The notes beneath the pieces are model-generated. The model had not been told where the DNA came from, did no database searches, and was given only the letters and a program-made list of their open reading frames with translations. From NCBI GenBank assembly GCA_016196885.1, contig JACPWU010000016.1, forward strand, positions 1 through 23,793: DNA of 23,793 nucleotides. Direction: 5' to 3'. Source of the stretch: Chlamydiota bacterium (lineage in GTDB: Bacteria > Auribacterota > JACPWU01). Position numbers and translations under genes: made by a program. Position 1 is the stretch's first letter, and each line of letters starts with the position of its first letter. Positions 19,113 through 23,793 of this stretch are shown piece after piece.

Positions 19113-20276
19113 TTACATTTTCCTCGCCAAAACCCCACACACATGGCCTCCAAAACCATAGGCCAAGCCGAGAAGAACGCTCATTTTTTTCTCACGCCCC
19201 CAACGAGGCGTGTAATCCAAATCACACTGGGGGTCTGGTGTTTCCAAATTAAGCGTCGGAGGAATAAAATTGTGTTGCATACACATCAAACTTAAAATGA
19301 GTTCCACCGCTCCACTGGCGCCCATCATGTGGCCCGTGAAAGGTTTGGTAGAACTGAATGAAATATGATCGACATCATTTTTAAAAAAACTTTTGATCCC
19401 ACAGGTTTCAACCCAATCGTTCCAGACCGTCCCAGTTCCATGGAGATTAACATAATCTATAGACGAAGAAGCAATGTTCGCCTTCTTAAAAAGAAGCTGA
19501 AGAAGACGCTGAATGCTTTCACCGTGAGAAGCCATTTTGATTTCGCCAGATGCATCCGCTACATTTTCTACAGCCAAAATTTCTGCATAAATTTTGGCGT
19601 TTCTTTTTCGGGCCCTCTCAAAAGATTCAAAAACCAAAACACCAGCCCCCTCGCCTAAAACAGTTCCCGATCTTCTGTGATCAAAAGGTTTTAGAAGAAC
19701 CTCAGCAGACTCCCCCTTTTGGGGGCGAGCGAGAATGCCCGCCCTTTCGTAAGCCTTGATTAAAAAGGGATCAAGGACAGAATCGCTTGCCCCTGCAAGA
19801 ACGACATCGGACCTTCCCTCTTCAATCCATCGCTTGGCCCATTGCAAAGACTGGAGACCTGTACTGCAAGCTGAAACCAAATTTAAACAGGGTCCCTTGA
19901 TTTCGAAAAAATTCATCAATGAAGAATTGATTTTTTCGAGAAAAAATCCTTGGGGATTTCTGATTTGGCGAGCCAGATCCCCTTTGCTGGTACTGACCGT
20001 AAGACCGATACGCTCGGGGTTCTCATTCTCAAGCGAAACACCAGAGTCCAAGAGGGCAGAACGTGCAGCATCGAGGGCAAATTTCCCGCTTCGAGATTCG
20101 CTCGTTTCTTCTGGAATTTTAGCCAGGGGAATTTTTAGGCCATTTTCTTCAAGAAAGTGAATGCTGGACCTTGAGTCCTTCAAGAACTGAAAAACCTGAC
20201 GGGGATTTTCTCCCATCGCTGTTTTCAACCCAAGGCCTGTCACCACCACACGTGAAGAATGGATAGAAGCTTTCAT
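19113..20276 (-). CDS. Beta-ketoacyl-ACP synthase, KAS I/II (FabF/FabB)-like, embedded in the bio operon
   Basis: The Cys-His-His triad motifs are VSACSTG, NLHGTGT and STKPFTGHMMGASG. At 387 aa it is shorter than typical FabF. Its stop codon directly abuts the bioF ATG (TAAATG). Confidence 0.85.
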   Translation of the reverse strand: MKASIHSSRVVVTGLGLKTAMGENPRQVFQFLKDSRSSIHFLEENGLKIPLAKIPEETSESRSGKFALDAARSALLDSGVSLENENPERIGLTVSTSKGDLARQIRNPQGFFLEKINSSLMNFFEIKGPCLNLVSACSTGLQSLQWAKRWIEEGRSDVVLAGASDSVLDPFLIKAYERAGILARPQKGESAEVLLKPFDHRRSGTVLGEGAGVLVFESFERARKRNAKIYAEILAVENVADASGEIKMASHGESIQRLLQLLFKKANIASSSIDYVNLHGTGTVWNDWVETCGIKSFFKNDVDHISFSSTKPFTGHMMGASGAVELILSLMCMQHNFIPPTLNLETPDPQCDLDYTPRWGREKKMSVLLGLAYGFGGHVCGVLARKM

Positions 20277-20982
20277 GACTCAACACTCTATCTTCTAATG
20301 TGAAAATTTGTCCAGTGATTTGACCCAGACCCGAAAGAAAAACAATGGCCTTCGCAATTTCTCCAAGAGGTCTTTCTTCCGCTTTCTTTTTCAAATCCTG
20401 AACTCCTTGAGTCATCGTCGTAGAAAGTATTCCAGGAATAACGGCATTCACTCGAATTCCATAAGGGCGTAGTTCTGCCGCTGAAGAATGGGTCAAGGAC
20501 AAAAGACCCGCCTTGGAAGCCGCATAATTGCTTTGTCCAACATTTCCCCTGAGCCCCACGGAGGAGGCAACGTTTAAAATGGCCTTCTCCGCCACATCTT
20601 GAAATCCCATCCATCTGGCATAAGCCTGCGTACAAAGAAAAGGCCCCTTCAGATTGACCGCCATCACCTCATCCCAATCGTTTTCGGACATTCGAACAAT
20701 ATTTTGATCTTGCACAATTCCAGCATTATTGACAAGCATGTGGACCTCTCCCCATCTCTCACGAATGAGATTGAAAAGGCGATTCACGTCATCCGATAGA
20801 GAAATATCCGCCTGAATCAATTCTATTTTTCCCCCTTGTCCTTGAATTTGCTCCTCAAGAAGCAAAGCCTCTTTTTTAGACCGGCGATAGATTCCGATCA
20901 CCTCGTACCCTCTTTTTGAAAAGGCGTGAGCCAATTGAGCGCCTAAACCACGAGAGGCCCCGGTGATGAGTACAGTCTTCAT
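20149..20982 (-). CDS. Short-chain dehydrogenase/reductase, FabG (3-oxoacyl-ACP reductase)-like
   Basis: Motifs are VLITGASRGLG, NNAG and S...YAASKAG (YxxxK). The start is set at the ATG at 20980-20982 (MKTVLITG) because the longer ORF-track start (21003) reads into a hairpin arm. The 3' tail overlaps the KAS gene by 128 nt. Confidence 0.85.
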   Translation of the reverse strand: MKTVLITGASRGLGAQLAHAFSKRGYEVIGIYRRSKKEALLLEEQIQGQGGKIELIQADISLSDDVNRLFNLIRERWGEVHMLVNNAGIVQDQNIVRMSENDWDEVMAVNLKGPFLCTQAYARWMGFQDVAEKAILNVASSVGLRGNVGQSNYAASKAGLLSLTHSSAAELRPYGIRVNAVIPGILSTTMTQGVQDLKKKAEERPLGEIAKAIVFLSGLGQITGQIFTLEDRVLSHESFYPFFTCGGDRPWVENSDGRKSPSGFSVLEGLKVQHSLS

Positions 20983-20989
20983 GAAGGAA

Positions 20990-21073
20990 AGTCCACGGTC
21001 CATAGTCGATAGTCCACAGTTTTAAAGGAATCATTTATTTCTATAGACTATGGACCTCGGACTGTCGACTGTG
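20990..21073. repeat. Intergenic tandem-repeat hairpin 7 (units GTCCAC/GGTCCATA/GTCGATA)
   Basis: 20997-21007 (GGTCCATAGTC) pairs perfectly with 21046-21056. 21009-21012 pairs with 21041-21044, and 20990-20994 with 21059-21063. It fills the ExbD-stop to SDR-start gap. Confidence 0.88.
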
Positions 21074-21076
21074 TTT

Positions 21077-21508
21077 TTATTTTGTTTCCGTCTGAGTAGC
21101 TATATCCAATTGATTGACACCCCTATTGCGCAAGATGTCCAGAACTTTGACCATTTGTCCGTAAGGGACATCTGTGTCCCCTCTTAAAAGGACAGCGAGA
21201 TCTGGTTTACGCTCTTTTTCAGAGCGAATACGCTGCGAAAGATCTTCCAATTCTACTTTTTCCCGATTCCAAAAAATAACTCCGAATTTTGACACACTGA
21301 GCGTCACCACATCCTGAGGCGTGTCCACTTTTTGGGCGGAGGCCTCTGGAAGATTGAGGTCAATCCCCGACTCAATCATGGGGGTGAGCAAAATAAAAAC
21401 GATCAAGAGCACCAGGGTGACATCCACCAAATTGGTGACATTGATTTCACTAACCACTTTTTTGCGGGAATGAGGATTCATGCTATCGAATGACGTATTT
21501 ACGTTCAA
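21077..21508 (-). CDS. ExbD/TolR-family biopolymer transport protein
   Basis: 143 aa with a single N-terminal TM (INVTNLVDVTLVLLIVFILL) and a periplasmic domain. It overlaps the upstream MotA/TolQ/ExbB gene by 26 nt. Confidence 0.85.
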   Translation of the reverse strand: MNVNTSFDSMNPHSRKKVVSEINVTNLVDVTLVLLIVFILLTPMIESGIDLNLPEASAQKVDTPQDVVTLSVSKFGVIFWNREKVELEDLSQRIRSEKERKPDLAVLLRGDTDVPYGQMVKVLDILRNRGVNQLDIATQTETK

Positions 21509-22178
21509 CCCCTCCTAAAAATTCAGAAATGAAATTATCTGTTTTGAGAGAGAGGGTATTGATGCGCGTCTGAAAAAAATTATACGCGACCAGGGCAGGA
21601 ATGGCCACCAAGAGACCAATCACGGTTGTGATCAGAGCAACAGCCACACCCGGAGCCACAGCGGCAATGCTGGCATTTCCCTTGCGGCTGATTCCAATGA
21701 AAGCCACCATGATCCCCCAAACAGTTCCTAAAAGACCTAAAAGAGGGCTCACCGAAGAGGCGGTCGCTAAAACCGAAAGAGATTTTTCCAAATTCATCAT
21801 CTCCTCGGAGGCAATTCTCTGAAGCATTTTCTGAAGACTTTCCAATTCCAGAATAGAAATCTTAGGCAGAGTTCCTTTAAGAGCCACCGGAGATCCCGTC
21901 TCGCTTGCCTTCAATAAATGATCCAGCTCTTTACATCCCCCTTTGTATATTTTGATAAGGGGGGAAGGATCTTCCAATCGTGAATAGTTCTCACGAAAAA
22001 GGGCCGTTGGCTCCACAACCCTCCTAAATTTCTCCAAAAAAACAGTTGAACCCTTTTCAATAGCTCTTAAAAGTTTAAGCTTATGAAGAAAAATCGCCCA
22101 GCCATAAACAGACAAACCCGTCAAAACGATGATAATGATAATTCCAACAATGTCTACGTGAATGAATGAGCCCATCAT
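21483..22178 (-). CDS. MotA/TolQ/ExbB-family proton channel protein
   Basis: Three TM segments are present, with the conserved SPLLGLLGTVWGIMVAF block. GAGAGGG lies upstream of the tandem ATGs at 22176-22178 and 22173-22175. Confidence 0.85.
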   Translation of the reverse strand: MMGSFIHVDIVGIIIIIVLTGLSVYGWAIFLHKLKLLRAIEKGSTVFLEKFRRVVEPTALFRENYSRLEDPSPLIKIYKGGCKELDHLLKASETGSPVALKGTLPKISILELESLQKMLQRIASEEMMNLEKSLSVLATASSVSPLLGLLGTVWGIMVAFIGISRKGNASIAAVAPGVAVALITTVIGLLVAIPALVAYNFFQTRINTLSLKTDNFISEFLGGVERKYVIR

Positions 22179-22240
22179 ATCCCTCTCTAGGGTAACCCTA
22201 TGTTCTTCATGAGTGAGTGATCGACAACTTGTTTCTAAAA

Positions 22241-22836
22241 TTAAGAATAGTGATACAGGTAGATACCATAACTGATTTGGCCAAAATAGGCAAGCACCCT
22301 GGGAATAAAGTGCTTCAACGGCTTAAAACTGATGCAGCATAATATGGGATAAGCGAGAGAAAGAGAAATGGTCATATCGCAAAAACCCGCATAGGTGGCC
22401 TGGTTTAAGAAATCGTCTGCTTTTCCTGTATAGGAAAACCGAAACCATTGAAGCAACAGAAAAGCGATCCAACCCCCTATATTTTGGTCCAAAATCAGGC
22501 CATTATAGTAGAGAATTTCGACTCCTTAAATGTGCTTTCCCACACTCTGATCATAAGAAAGGGGAAGTAGTGATTTAATTCTTCCAACACAATGCTAGGG
22601 TCATGTCCCTCTTTTCACTCTTTTCACGTACGTTATCAATGGGGATAAGACCAGATGATTTTGGGGTGGAGAAAAAAACCGCGAGCGGATTTGATTGGAG
22701 GAGTCATCTGGCGATTATTTTGGAGGGAGTGATTCCGCATTGATTTCAGAACAGAACTTTTTAAGAATCATTCGATGAAAAACTTGAGGCCTTTAACGTT
22801 GCCGTATTTTGGCCAGGCCATTCTTACAGCGGGCAT
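22241..22836 (-). pseudogene. Decayed acyltransferase-3 (OafA-like) gene remnant
   Basis: The 83-aa ORF ends at the family motif FGQISYGIYLYH and then stops, so the C-terminal TM helices are missing. Upstream, a different frame (about 22500-22620) reads GHDPSIVLEELNHYFPFLMI. This resembles the family motif GH.WSL.VEEQFY..FPLL. A third frame reads IRSRFFSPPQNHLVLSPLI. Stops and frame changes separate the pieces. A 9-nt tandem duplication TCTTTTCAC x2 lies at 22610-22627. Confidence 0.55.
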
Positions 22837-22839
22837 AGA

Positions 22840-23217
22840 TTAATTGTCTCGCTTCATCTGACCAAAAAAGATAAGACTGGAGATGATGAAGAGAACAATA
22901 CAAACGCCCGACCCTAGATATTCAATTGATCTTATGCTCAATACTCTCTCAGTAAACGCCGGTAAACTCGCAGTGACAACGCAGAGAAAAAGAATCTTAA
23001 GCATCACCCCTAATTGTTTCCTGAACAAAAGAAGTACGCATAATAAGATTAGAATTGCTGCAGAAAAAAGACGGATTATCCCTAATCCCAACTGAATTCC
23101 CATTTGAGCGGGTTCGTACCATGGCATAATCGAAAATCGGCTTGAATAAGTCGAAAATGTAAAAAATACATAACCTGATGAAGTGACATAGAGTAGAAGA
23201 GATATTAGCTTTTTCAT
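22840..23217 (-). CDS. 4-TM membrane protein, putative immunity protein of the upstream RHS toxin
   Basis: The start is set at the ATG at 23215-23217 (MKKLISLLLYV). This forms an ATGA overlap with the toxin stop (23214-23216). The protein has four hydrophobic segments and sits immediately downstream of a polymorphic-toxin C-terminus. Confidence 0.6.
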   Translation of the reverse strand: MKKLISLLLYVTSSGYVFFTFSTYSSRFSIMPWYEPAQMGIQLGLGIIRLFSAAILILLCVLLLFRKQLGVMLKILFLCVVTASLPAFTERVLSIRSIEYLGSGVCIVLFIISSLIFFGQMKRDN

Positions 23218-23793
23218 TTGCACCTTTTCTTCTTTTCTCTCAATTTCTGGCAATATCTTCGGTCTGCTTCCCAAATAAATTCTTGACAGTCAAATTTCTT
23301 TTCATCGTTGAATAAAGGGTGGTTATATCTCTGCCCCTTTTTATATTGCTCTTTCCAGTAATCCTTAGCCTCATCAATAGCTTCTCGCATTAGGTCATCA
23401 TCATCTCCCTTTAGAGTAGGATTCTTAGAATAGCCACTGGGGTCATCCGATCCAATATTAGGCTCATTCCCGCTATCTCCTAAATAGCCGATGTTAGTGC
23501 CATCGTTATAAAACAATTGCCAGTGTTGTCCACTGGGATCATTCTTCCCGTAAAAATAATCTGCACCTTTAGCCCCAGTCTTACTATCTAATCTTCGAGT
23601 CTTTACTTCCCAAAGACCTAATGGATCAATGTAATTAACCGGATTATTGCCAACATACGTGTAAACGTTAGGCCCATCGTCAAATCCCAGGGGATCTTTG
23701 GACAAAAAGTTTCCTGTGTTTGGATCGCGTTCCCGATAAAGGTAATGATAGAGCCCCGTCTGTACATCATATTCTCTTCCGGCAAACATGAAC
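23214..23793 (-). CDS. RHS/YD-repeat protein, C-terminal end (core-capping motif plus variable toxin domain); 5' part lies outside the window
   Basis: The RHS-associated core end is GREYDVQTGLYHYLYRERDPNTGNFLSKDPLGFDDGPNVYTYVGNNPVNYIDPLGL. A 132-aa unrelated C-terminal domain follows. The reading frame stays open to the window edge. Confidence 0.88.
   Translation of the reverse strand, partial: FMFAGREYDVQTGLYHYLYRERDPNTGNFLSKDPLGFDDGPNVYTYVGNNPVNYIDPLGLWEVKTRRLDSKTGAKGADYFYGKNDPSGQHWQLFYNDGTNIGYLGDSGNEPNIGSDDPSGYSKNPTLKGDDDDLMREAIDEAKDYWKEQYKKGQRYNHPLFNDEKKFDCQEFIWEADRRYCQKLREKKKRCK

Noticed and set aside
20288-20635. 115-aa minus-strand ORF inside the SDR gene. Numerous other 60-134-aa ORFs lie antisense or out of frame within tyrS, rpsA, ligA, bioF, the KAS gene and others.
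   Set aside because: All lie fully inside strongly supported genes and have no independent signal. I treated them as ORF-track noise.
22188-22200. 13-nt palindrome TAGGGTAACCCTA just upstream of the exbB SD, as a possible operator.
   Set aside because: It is a single short palindrome with no second copy in the window and no recognisable consensus (it is not Fur-box-like). It could be chance.

Overview
This is 23.8 kb of a low-GC bacterial chromosome. No searches were possible, so every call rests on motifs read by eye. The left edge (1-571, minus strand) is the 5' part of a 16S rRNA gene. Its signatures (GGATTAGGCATGCAAGTCGAACG, GCAGTCGAGGATC, GTAATACAGAGGTGGCAAGCGTT) look PVC-superphylum-like (Omnitrophota/Verrucomicrobia type), judged from memory only. 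Positions 721-14596 hold one long minus-strand array of housekeeping genes: tyrS, rpsA, plsC, tyrA, DAHP synthase, pheA, scpB, scpA, trpS, a XerC/D-type recombinase, ligA, a polyprenyl-PP synthase and a DoxX-like protein. Positions 14716-16531 hold the only plus-strand genes, a 3-gene island: a secreted Sel1/TPR-like protein with a Tyr/Gly-rich tail, a 73-aa protein, and a minimal nucleotidyltransferase. Positions 16528-22178 (minus) carry bioA and bioF, with a FabF-like ketosynthase and a FabG-like reductase built into the bio operon, followed by ExbD/ExbB-type genes. Positions 22241-23793 look accessory: a decayed acyltransferase-3 pseudogene, a 4-TM immunity-like gene, and the C-terminal toxin end of an RHS/YD protein that runs off the right edge. 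The most unusual signal is non-coding. Almost every intergenic gap between co-directional minus-strand genes is filled by an 80-95 nt hairpin whose two arms are made of short tandem repeats. There are seven such loci, at least five unit types, and one CAGAAT family present three times. An eighth gap holds a plain 11-bp hairpin. The hairpins run from the upstream stop codon to a few nt before the next start codon, lack U-tracts, and in places supply codons to the flanking genes. I do not recognise them as any described repeat family.
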